DNA of 64,000 nucleotides from an uncultured Solibacteraceae bacterium (GTDB lineage Bacteria; Acidobacteriota; Terriglobia; 20CM-2-55-15): NCBI GenBank assembly GCA_964633285.1, contig CAZWGA010000001.1, positions 126,038 to 190,037 of the forward strand, read 5' to 3'. Shown piece by piece: positions 38,179 to 45,732 of this stretch (position 1 is its first letter; each line of letters starts with the position of its first letter). The notes under the pieces were generated by a model. It saw only the letters and a program-made list of their open reading frames with translations, ran no database searches and was not told where the DNA came from. The position numbers and the translations under genes were made by a program.

Positions 38179-39242
38179 TTGTGTGGATCGAGATCCCCGT
38201 GAGCCGTCATTTCGTCGTAAATGATTTGCGACTGAAGTTTGGCACCGGCATCGGATAAGTGGCAACAGTCGTCTATGAAAAGACCCTTTCGACCGGCCGC
38301 ATCGAATCGTTTTTCGATATCGAGGAAGTATGTCCGGGAAGCGGTGAGAGCATAAGACCGTAATGCCTCGTTAAACCAGGTAATAGCTGCACGCAGCGGC
38401 GGTTCCTCCTTATCGACACCCTCGGCCGGATTCACCGGAAGGATGTACAGCGGGACGTTCTCATCGTTGAGCATCGTACCAAGCTCCTGCAGGATCGAGA
38501 TGTTGTCGGAGATGAATCGCTTTCTCGTGTATTCGTCGTCCGGCGAGAGTTGCAATACTTCCTTGTTTAGTCTGCGAAAAACAAGCGTCGAGTAGTACAC
38601 CACCGATGAGTACTTGATCCAGTTTTCATGTCGATACCACCACTTGCTCTCAAACCGCCAGTCTGACCAGTTCTTTTCGTGAGTCCACTCTTTTCCGTAG
38701 AGGGCCAGTTGGCCGGCGGGATCCCATGTTTGCAATATGACCGCAGAAACGGAGTACTTCCCGTGTACTTCATAAAGATATCGTTTCACGACTTGACGAA
38801 GGGAATATCCGGGGATTGCCGCATTAAGCACTCCGATATCCGGCTTGCCGTCCTTAAGAAGAAGCTGCGCAAAATTTGAGGGCTCGGATGCCGCAGTGGG
38901 AACGTCCCAGCCGAAAGGGACCGAATCTCCAATGAATACGATGATTCTTTTTTTCCCCTTGTAGGCGTTTAGCCCAATCCGGAAGCCGTTTTCGTCCAAC
39001 GCATATTTCCCGGTCTGAAAGCTTTTTTTCAGTGTCACAACCCGGTCGTCATTGACGGGTTCTGTCAAATCGACCACGTTAAAAACCAGCGGGGAATGAA
39101 AGCCGGTCCAGAGAAAGGTTCCACGTTTAAGCCGATGGTAGATGTGTCCTGAAACATCCGCGGCAACAAAAACAAAGACAAAAATCAGGACCGTAAAGAC
39201 GGATTTCTTCCATAACGGAAGGTTCAAACGACGGCTTGGCAC
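38175..39242 (-). CDS. second membrane-anchored SGNH/GDSL-fold hydrolase
   Basis: N-terminal TM anchor, GDS block IIVFIGDSVPFGW and C-terminal DDCCH (D-x-x-H). Architecture is paralogous to 34509..35816. Confidence 0.55.
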   Translation of the reverse strand: MPSRRLNLPLWKKSVFTVLIFVFVFVAADVSGHIYHRLKRGTFLWTGFHSPLVFNVVDLTEPVNDDRVVTLKKSFQTGKYALDENGFRIGLNAYKGKKRIIVFIGDSVPFGWDVPTAASEPSNFAQLLLKDGKPDIGVLNAAIPGYSLRQVVKRYLYEVHGKYSVSAVILQTWDPAGQLALYGKEWTHEKNWSDWRFESKWWYRHENWIKYSSVVYYSTLVFRRLNKEVLQLSPDDEYTRKRFISDNISILQELGTMLNDENVPLYILPVNPAEGVDKEEPPLRAAITWFNEALRSYALTASRTYFLDIEKRFDAAGRKGLFIDDCCHLSDAGAKLQSQIIYDEMTAHGDLDPHK

Positions 39243-39457
39243 GCGAGTATATTCTCAGAATTTTCCGGCTTTTCCTGACAAGAATCGTCGGTGGCCTTTA
39301 CGACGAACCAGCCGGACGTAAATTTCTTTGTAACAATAAATTAGGCTCGAGGATTCCGAAAAAACGTCGGAAGTGTTTACACATTCCAAAAACCAGCTCT
39401 TCTCTGCAAAAGCCCTTGACATCAAGAATCTAAATGAGATACTCGGGCGACGTGACA

Positions 39458-39475
39458 AAGGTATGATGGTTGCAA
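39458..39475 (+). promoter_or_regulatory. putative sigma-54 (-24/-12) promoter upstream of the PEP-CTERM gene
   Basis: aGGtatgatggtTGCa: GG and GC separated by the canonical 10 nt, with a perfect TTGCA -12 element. It lies about 25 nt upstream of the ATG at 39499, and the intervening leader holds the GGAGG Shine-Dalgarno sequence. Confidence 0.35.
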
Positions 39476-39498
39476 GCTTCCGGAGGCGAGGATAAAGC

Positions 39499-40251
39499 AT
39501 GATGCGAAGACTATCATTGACGATGACAATACTGGCGCTGACGTTTTTGTTGTTTGGCGCTTTGACCTTAAACGCAGCAGATGCATTGCTTTTGAGAACA
39601 TCGAGACTGGGGTTTAACGATGCCGCAGTCTGGGGTGGCGACTGTCAGGTACCGCATGCGAGCATCAATAGCACGAGTACCAATCTTAGGACCGTAACAG
39701 CCAGCGGTCAAAATGGCACGATTGAACAGGGACTCAATACGACATCGTTCGGTACCGATCCCTGCAACAGCATGTGGATCGGTAATTTTGCAGACGGTGA
39801 TCACCTTCTCTGGGCTAATGACAGTTCGAATTTCGATCAATTCGGCAATCCGATAACCTCGGGTCACGGCCCGCTCGAACTCGCACTGGATTCCAGCGTT
39901 CGAGGAATCGGAACACAAATTCAGTCGGATTGGTATGGAGGGTTCACGGCCCGACTGGAAGTCTTCAATGGGGCGAATTCCCTGGGGTTCGTCACAGAGG
40001 ACGGAGTCTCGGACGCTAACACGGGCACCGCTATTTTCATCGGCGTCTGGGATCTGAGTGGTGAAAACATCACGCGAGCCGTTCTGAGCCTGGATACTTG
40101 TCCCGAGTCGTGCAACGACTTCGCGATCAACCAGGTGTCACTCCTTGAAGGTCCGATACGTGAAAACGTGCCCGAACCGGCATCATTGATCCTCCTCGGT
40201 TCAGGACTTGCGGGTTTGGTTTCTCTCAAAATCAGAGCCCGGAACAAGTAG
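39499..40251 (+). CDS. PEP-CTERM sorting domain-containing secreted protein (exosortase substrate)
   Basis: N-terminal signal peptide MMRRLSLTMTILALTFLLFGALTLNAA. The C-terminus is VPEPASLILLGSGLAGLVSLKIRARNK, which is a PEP motif, a TM helix and a basic cluster. The Ser/Thr/Asn-rich body has five N-x-S/T sequons. Confidence 0.9.
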   Translation: MMRRLSLTMTILALTFLLFGALTLNAADALLLRTSRLGFNDAAVWGGDCQVPHASINSTSTNLRTVTASGQNGTIEQGLNTTSFGTDPCNSMWIGNFADGDHLLWANDSSNFDQFGNPITSGHGPLELALDSSVRGIGTQIQSDWYGGFTARLEVFNGANSLGFVTEDGVSDANTGTAIFIGVWDLSGENITRAVLSLDTCPESCNDFAINQVSLLEGPIRENVPEPASLILLGSGLAGLVSLKIRARNK

Positions 40252-40271
40252 GCATATCTCTAAACGAAACG

Positions 40272-40310
40272 AGAGGGCGAAGCTGGTCTTCGCCCTCTTT
40301 CCGCTTTTCA
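40272..40310. terminator. rho-independent terminator (bidirectional position between convergent genes)
   Basis: agagggcgaag-ctggt-cttcgccctct stem-loop followed by ttccgcttttcattt. It lies between the PEP-CTERM gene stop (40251) and the convergent GT2 stop (40324). Confidence 0.7.
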
Positions 40311-40323
40311 TTTAGGAGCACTG

Positions 40324-41100
40324 TCAACGCACGACGCCTTGACGGCGCGCCTTTCCGCAGATCCTGATGTCCGAACCCATCCAGTGCGACGCTACGCGCA
40401 TCCAAATGGCCTTAATAAGAACCCTGGCGTAACCGGCTCCCTCTTTCGAAAACAGAAACTTGGATTCGCCGGCCATGCGGCGTCCCTGTCGTCCTCGTAG
40501 TTCGCAAATCCGGCTTCCTGTGAACCAGGCCTTGAATGTCGTTTCCGGTGAGATCTCGAATCCATCGGATTCCAGCTTCAGGGAGCGAATCCAATCCATT
40601 CGAAAACCCCGGAATGCGTAGCTGATGTCTTTCACGTCGACGCCTGCCACCCAGCGGCTCAGAAGGCGGTACCAGAAATGATAAAACCGGTATGAAGCTG
40701 GGATATTCGTTGAATCCTCCGGCGCGAGGTACCTCGATAACAAAACGAGATCGAAGCCTTCCTCGATTGTCTTCTGCCGGAAATCCGGTATTGCTGCCAG
40801 CGGGTCCACGCAATCACCCATCACGATCGTGCCCATCGCGCCGCGCGCGTGTGCGATCCCATACTTGATCGCAGCGCCGATTCCTCGCGGGAGGCCTTTG
40901 TGAAGGGCGCGAACCATGGGATGCCGGTGTTCGAGCATCAATGCTTCACGGAACGTGTAGTCGTCGCTGCAGTCGTCAACAATGAGAATCTCGGCGGACA
41001 ATTGATATTGCCGGATCAGATCCTCCAGCTTCATTACCAGGATCGGTATGTTCTGTTCTTCGTTAAGACAGGGAATGATGATGCTGATTTCAGGATCCAT
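40324..41100 (-). CDS. family 2 glycosyltransferase, polyprenol-phosphate sugar synthase type (DPM1/ArnC-like)
   Basis: ISIIIPCLNEEQNIPILVMKLEDLI...ILIVDDCSDDYT is the DPM1/ArnC-like GT2 signature. It lies immediately downstream, in the same operon, of a GT-C membrane glycosyltransferase. Confidence 0.8.
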   Translation of the reverse strand: MDPEISIIIPCLNEEQNIPILVMKLEDLIRQYQLSAEILIVDDCSDDYTFREALMLEHRHPMVRALHKGLPRGIGAAIKYGIAHARGAMGTIVMGDCVDPLAAIPDFRQKTIEEGFDLVLLSRYLAPEDSTNIPASYRFYHFWYRLLSRWVAGVDVKDISYAFRGFRMDWIRSLKLESDGFEISPETTFKAWFTGSRICELRGRQGRRMAGESKFLFSKEGAGYARVLIKAIWMRVASHWMGSDIRICGKARRQGVVR

Positions 41101-41113
41101 CTGAAAGTTTGCG

Positions 41114-42772
41114 CTATTGGGTAGCTACGGCGAATCGCCGCATCAGGATACCCGCAACCGTCACGGGAGCTTCAAACAAAACTCCTGCGCGAAGCTCGTT
41201 CCGTTCGAGTGAGATCAATTGGTACTGCGTGTCAGATTCCGTCTCCACGACGTTTTGTTTTTCGATCAAATAAAGACAGTGGGGCTGCACTTCACCTTCA
41301 GAAGGAATTCGAATGTGATTCTTGTTTACGAATTCGGCAACGAGCGCGGCGGCGCGTCCTTCTTCGGCGAAGTAAGCACTGCTGAAGAGTGAGACGCACG
41401 CGAATAACAGACATCCCAATAACACTACAGTTGTTGTATACGCGAGTCTTGTTTTTGAATCGGTCGATGGCATCAGTGAATCCGCCACGAAGGCCGCGAT
41501 CGGCGGAAGGATGAAGACCATATAACGCAGAGAAGGTCTGCTGAAAGTGTGGAAAGCAAAAAAGGAAGTAATCCAGGTCATATGGATGTATCGCTCGCGC
41601 CAGTTTTCTTTGCACCACACAAAGAGAGCAATGACGGCGATACCCCCGATAAAGAGAAGAAACGTATTTGCAACCCACAACGCCGGCTTACCCGTGACGA
41701 AGTGACGGATCCATCCGAGTCGCATTTCGGAAAGATCCGGATTTTCTGCGCTGTCGTTCACGACAAGATAGGCGCCGGCACACGCTGCGACGAACAGTGA
41801 TATTCCGCCGTAGATCCGTTTCTGGAATTGAAAACGATGCAAGACACACCATATCGGAACGAAAATAAATGGGCCGCTGAACAAGCCCATCCAAACGAAA
41901 TACGCAGCCAGCCGTGGTGGGATATGACGCAGATTATTCCAGGCGGGGAATAGACCCAGGTGGTTTGCCTGCTCCTGAGAAATCACGTGACCCAGCGTTG
42001 AGGTGATGTATGCCAGATACACGGAAACAACCACGCCGCCGGTAAATGCGTACATCAGGAGCGTCTTGATGAGGTCGTGAGGAGAATAGCGGCCAGCATG
42101 AGTTTCAACTGCAATAATCGCGATGAGGATCGGTACGAATGCAATAGCGCTGTATTTGATTAGAGCTGCTGCCGATATGAAGAGAGCGGATAAGAAATGA
42201 AGACTGGTGGAGTCTTTGCGGTTGGCTGCCAGGGTCAGGCAGACAGATGCCGTTATAAAGAAAATAAACGGAATATCCGATCCCAGGACTCCGCTGTAGA
42301 CCCATAACAGCGGGTGAAATCCAACGAATGCCGCTGCGATCACCGCCTGCGCATCCGTGCGGTGAGCGCTATAAAAGGGAGAATGCGACAAGGCCAGGAA
42401 CGTTGTCAGGATGAGTGCTGTTCCACAAAAAAGAGGTAACAAGCGCGAAACTCGCTCGCCAGCCCCAAATACGAGATAGAACAGAGACACTGCAGCAGAA
42501 GTGCCCAGGGGATTGGCAATGGCTCGATCCAGGCTCCGAGTTGCTTGTGAGACCTGTCCCTGGGAAATCAACTGAGCGCTTTCAGCATAGGCGTATTCGA
42601 GATTGACAAACGGACTGTCGAGAAATGGAAAGTGGGCCGCAAGGAAGAACAGGACTAAGGTTCCAATCCACCAACGGTGAGGCATACGGCTGTAATCCTG
42701 ACGGCGCGGCCACTTACAAGCAATCGCAAAATGATGCTCGGGCGAATTGCCGGAGATATCGTAAGACGACAA
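41114..42772 (-). CDS. GT-C fold membrane glycosyltransferase (PMT_2/ArnT family, GT39/GT83-like)
   Basis: 552 aa polytopic membrane protein. Its first extracytoplasmic loop has FVNLEYAYAESAQLI, matching the DE/EE-x2-Y-A loop motif of ArnT/PMT enzymes. It is paired with a DPM1-like GT2. Exact start is uncertain. Confidence 0.6.
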   Translation of the reverse strand: MSSYDISGNSPEHHFAIACKWPRRQDYSRMPHRWWIGTLVLFFLAAHFPFLDSPFVNLEYAYAESAQLISQGQVSQATRSLDRAIANPLGTSAAVSLFYLVFGAGERVSRLLPLFCGTALILTTFLALSHSPFYSAHRTDAQAVIAAAFVGFHPLLWVYSGVLGSDIPFIFFITASVCLTLAANRKDSTSLHFLSALFISAAALIKYSAIAFVPILIAIIAVETHAGRYSPHDLIKTLLMYAFTGGVVVSVYLAYITSTLGHVISQEQANHLGLFPAWNNLRHIPPRLAAYFVWMGLFSGPFIFVPIWCVLHRFQFQKRIYGGISLFVAACAGAYLVVNDSAENPDLSEMRLGWIRHFVTGKPALWVANTFLLFIGGIAVIALFVWCKENWRERYIHMTWITSFFAFHTFSRPSLRYMVFILPPIAAFVADSLMPSTDSKTRLAYTTTVVLLGCLLFACVSLFSSAYFAEEGRAAALVAEFVNKNHIRIPSEGEVQPHCLYLIEKQNVVETESDTQYQLISLERNELRAGVLFEAPVTVAGILMRRFAVATQ

Positions 42773-43045
42773 ATTATCTTTACAAGGCCCTTGTGAACCT
42801 GTACGTTTTCTTACACGCTAAAGGTTCGGATCCAAAGTCGATATGGCGAACGAAAGAATTGTTTCGCATCTGCCGGAAAAAGGAGAATTTCCCTAAGCTA
42901 TTTCAAGGAAAAAATTTTTGAGAAAGAAACCAGGGAAGATGAAGGCAACCAATTCAGAAAAAACCTCTTGCGTTGGGTATTTCACCAGAGGAACAATTAT
43001 GAGGTTGTTCGTTATCCACCCCCCTTTTGAAATGATGTTGGCTGA

Positions 43046-43063
43046 TTAACCTCAGGAGGTTAA
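43046..43063 (+). promoter_or_regulatory. perfect 8-bp inverted repeat enclosing the Shine-Dalgarno of the downstream gene
   Basis: TTAACCTC-ag-GAGGTTAA. The AGGAGG SD sits in the loop and right arm, and the GTG start is at 43065. This is a possible RBS-sequestering hairpin or a protein-binding palindrome. Confidence 0.3.
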
Positions 43064-43064
43064 C

Positions 43065-44315
43065 GTGTTGAGTCGTGAATTCAGAAAGCTGATGGCGGTT
43101 GGGTTGGTGTTGACCACGACGTTGGTGACTTTGCCGGTTTCGGCATCGGATCTCTCCTCCCCTAAACCGGTGCTGGGTTCGGTGAGCGTGGTAGGTCTTG
43201 TGGAAGTGAGAGGCGTTCTCATCTCGCAGGAAGGCACACTGTTTCCTGGAGACTCCATTCGCTCCCGCGAGAAAGGCTACGCGAAAATCCTTTTTGGCAG
43301 CGGCAGCAAAGTTGAGCTTGCGGAAAAGACCGACATTAATGTCAACCCGGATAGTCAGGGCGTCAAGATCGCCATGAATACCGGAAACGTGGGATTCACA
43401 GCCCGTACGTCTCTCCGAATTGGAGTTCAGCCTTTTGAGGTTCTGGCAACGGATGGCGCATCCGGGAACGTTGCGATCATGAATCCGACGACCGCTGGTG
43501 TGCGTGCGTTGAATGGAAAGGTCACCGTTCGAAACCTCAAGACCTCCGAATCATTCGTCCTTCAAAAGGGACAGGAGCGTTTTCTCGGCCTGAAGGACGG
43601 TAAACAGCACGCCTCGCTCGCCGATATAGCCTCTACCGTTCCGGTTCCGATTCCTGCGCCCAAACCGCAGACCCCAGCCGGAAAAACTGGCGGTGGTCTG
43701 GCATTGGATACGGGCGGCTGGCTTGCTATCGCTGCCGCCGGCGCAGTGACTGCCGTGGCGATCTGGGGTCTGGTTGTTGCCAAGAGTAACCACGACGATA
43801 TCGAAAAACTGAATAGCCAGTTGGCCGCAAATCAGGCCGCGTTGGCTGCAAATCAGGCGGCGACTGCTAACGCGCTGGTTGCGATTTCGAATGCTGTCGC
43901 TCTTTTGGCGACTGCGTCTCAAGTACAGGCAGCCGGCTCACAGGTAGCAACAGCGTCGGCACAAACCTCAACGGCGATCGCCAATTCAAACCTTAGCGCT
44001 GCAGCAAAGGCAAACTTGCAGGCGCAGGCGACTCCCATCATCAACTCTGCAAATCAGGCAGCCGCAACGGCAGCTTCGTTGAGCTCTCAGATTCAGGCTC
44101 TGCAAGCAACAATATCCGCTTCGGGCACAGCAACGACTGCGCAGTTGTCGCAGTTGGCTACCTTGCAGAGTCAGTTGGACAGCGCGCGAGTCCAGATCAA
44201 CAATTCGATCATCGCGTTAGGTGCCCTGATCACCTCTGCGAACCAGCAAGGCGCCAACGTACCTGTGATTCAAATCCAACAGGTTGCTGCTCCGCAAACA
44301 GCTTCAAAGTCGTAA
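43065..44315 (+). CDS. secreted FecR-domain protein with central TM segment and Ala/Gln/Ser-rich low-complexity C-terminal region
   Basis: Signal peptide, a FecR-like beta domain (VVGLVEVRGVLISQEGTLFPGDSIRS...VATDGASGNVAIMNPTTAGVRALNGKVTV), a hydrophobic helix GWLAIAAAGAVTAVAIWGLVVA, then about 170 aa of AANQAALAANQAATANAL-type repeats. Confidence 0.55.
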   Translation: MLSREFRKLMAVGLVLTTTLVTLPVSASDLSSPKPVLGSVSVVGLVEVRGVLISQEGTLFPGDSIRSREKGYAKILFGSGSKVELAEKTDINVNPDSQGVKIAMNTGNVGFTARTSLRIGVQPFEVLATDGASGNVAIMNPTTAGVRALNGKVTVRNLKTSESFVLQKGQERFLGLKDGKQHASLADIASTVPVPIPAPKPQTPAGKTGGGLALDTGGWLAIAAAGAVTAVAIWGLVVAKSNHDDIEKLNSQLAANQAALAANQAATANALVAISNAVALLATASQVQAAGSQVATASAQTSTAIANSNLSAAAKANLQAQATPIINSANQAAATAASLSSQIQALQATISASGTATTAQLSQLATLQSQLDSARVQINNSIIALGALITSANQQGANVPVIQIQQVAAPQTASKS

Positions 44316-44342
44316 ACAGCGTTACAGTCAACCAACATCAAA

Positions 44343-44375
44343 GAGCACCGAGACTATCTCGGTGCTCTTTTTTTG
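44343..44375. terminator. rho-independent terminator
   Basis: gagcaccgaga-ctat-ctcggtgctc stem-loop followed by ttttttt. It lies between convergent gene ends at 44315 and 44378. Confidence 0.7.
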
Positions 44376-44377
44376 TT

Positions 44378-45130
44378 CTAAGGACGGATCGCAGAAATTG
44401 GACGGTCTGGAAAGACTTCAGCGATCGTAGCCGATGGAGCGATCAGATCTCCCCTCCTTGCGGACGTGAATGACACGATTTCCCCATCAATAGGACTTGT
44501 GATTGTCAGCCGATTCAGATTGAGCCGATTCTGCTGAAGCTCCACGTATAGCCGAGTGAGATCGCGCGGGTAATCCTGGTGCGTCTCTGCGAGATGGATT
44601 CGAGTTTCCAGCTCTTGTCCTTCGGACAGAAGATCGTCGGTGTCGAACTGCAGTATCAAATCACCCGTGCGTACATGCTGGCCCGTGGTCACATACAACG
44701 TGCGGACACGCCCTCCGGCCTCGGCAACGATCCTTACGGGTCCGGTACTATTCCATTGGAAACCAACACGCTCAAGACACACGGCAATGAGCGCGATCGC
44801 AGCCAGAGCGATGGATACTCGTTTGATTCCTGGCCTGGTCAGTGAATTGAAAAAAAAGTGCGGCAGTCTTTGCAGAAGCTCATGGTGGCCATGCATTTCT
44901 GCAACGATTCTCGAAATAGGGTGGGTTGATAGACGTGGACTCAGTACCAGGCTTTTCGGTCTGAGTTGATGCAAGGCAGGTTTTCGCTCGAGGACAAAAA
45001 CAGCATCCGCAAGCGGCTGGATGGCAAATGACGGGGTAAGCGGGAGAATCGTCTTTAGGACTGCCGCAGCGAACCCATCCAGTATGAGGCGATGATTTGG
45101 AGGGAACGAACACATGATGGGTCTGCTCAA
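44378..45130 (-). CDS. membrane-anchored HlyD-like (biotin-lipoyl/barrel-sandwich) domain protein cotranscribed with ECF sigma factor; putative anti-sigma/envelope sensor
   Basis: Cytoplasmic N-terminus, one TM (VSIALAAIALIAVCL), and a periplasmic segment with the MFP-like lipoyl hairpin (VRIVAEAGGRVRTLYVTTGQHVRTGDLILQFD ... ITSPIDGEIVSFTSARRGDLI). It is 48 nt downstream of the ECF sigma gene. Confidence 0.4.
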   Translation of the reverse strand: MSRPIMCSFPPNHRLILDGFAAAVLKTILPLTPSFAIQPLADAVFVLERKPALHQLRPKSLVLSPRLSTHPISRIVAEMHGHHELLQRLPHFFFNSLTRPGIKRVSIALAAIALIAVCLERVGFQWNSTGPVRIVAEAGGRVRTLYVTTGQHVRTGDLILQFDTDDLLSEGQELETRIHLAETHQDYPRDLTRLYVELQQNRLNLNRLTITSPIDGEIVSFTSARRGDLIAPSATIAEVFPDRPISAIRP

Positions 45131-45178
45131 TGCACCTTGTCAGCCACATTACTTGCAAAGAAAACAAAGCATCGCCTT

Positions 45179-45697
45179 TCAAAATTTGTCGCGTTTGTAG
45201 CGGCAACTGCGATTTCTTCTTGCCAGGGCGGCGACTATTCGCGCGAGCGAATGCCGGCTGCGAAGCAATTCCATTTTTACTGCGGATGCGGAGCGTCCCT
45301 GCAGTTTTGAGATCCTGGTGATGGAATGGCCCTCGATGTAGAAGAGATCGAGCAGTTCGCGTCTTGCAGGAGGCAGCCGTTCGAGAGCGATACGCAGCAA
45401 TTCAAGGCGGCGGCTCAGGTCAATATCAAATTCGAAAGATGGCAATTGGGAAATAAAACGAGGGTCGATATCAGCGAGATCTTCATCGCAGCGGTGCCGG
45501 CGCCAGCGGTCGGTTACGGCATTTTGAACAATCTTCATCAACAGCGCACGCGGATGAGTTACACGCTCAAGCCGTCGAAAAGCTTCGAGGGCGCGCACCG
45601 CCACGTCCTGCTCAAGATCTTCATCATGGACAGGTGTGCCTGTTTGTCTCGTCGCCCGATGAACCAGCGCGCGAATGTCCGATGGTGTGAAATTCAT
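45179..45697 (-). CDS. ECF-type RNA polymerase sigma-70 family factor
   Basis: 172 aa with region 2 (DLEQDVAVRALEAFRRL) and a region 4 HTH (ELLDLFYIEGHSITRISKLQGRSASAVKMEL). Confidence 0.8.
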   Translation of the reverse strand: MNFTPSDIRALVHRATRQTGTPVHDEDLEQDVAVRALEAFRRLERVTHPRALLMKIVQNAVTDRWRRHRCDEDLADIDPRFISQLPSFEFDIDLSRRLELLRIALERLPPARRELLDLFYIEGHSITRISKLQGRSASAVKMELLRSRHSLARIVAALARRNRSCRYKRDKF

Positions 45698-45732
45698 GTG
45701 ACCGTTCTCCTCGTGTTGCGGCTATACCTAAC

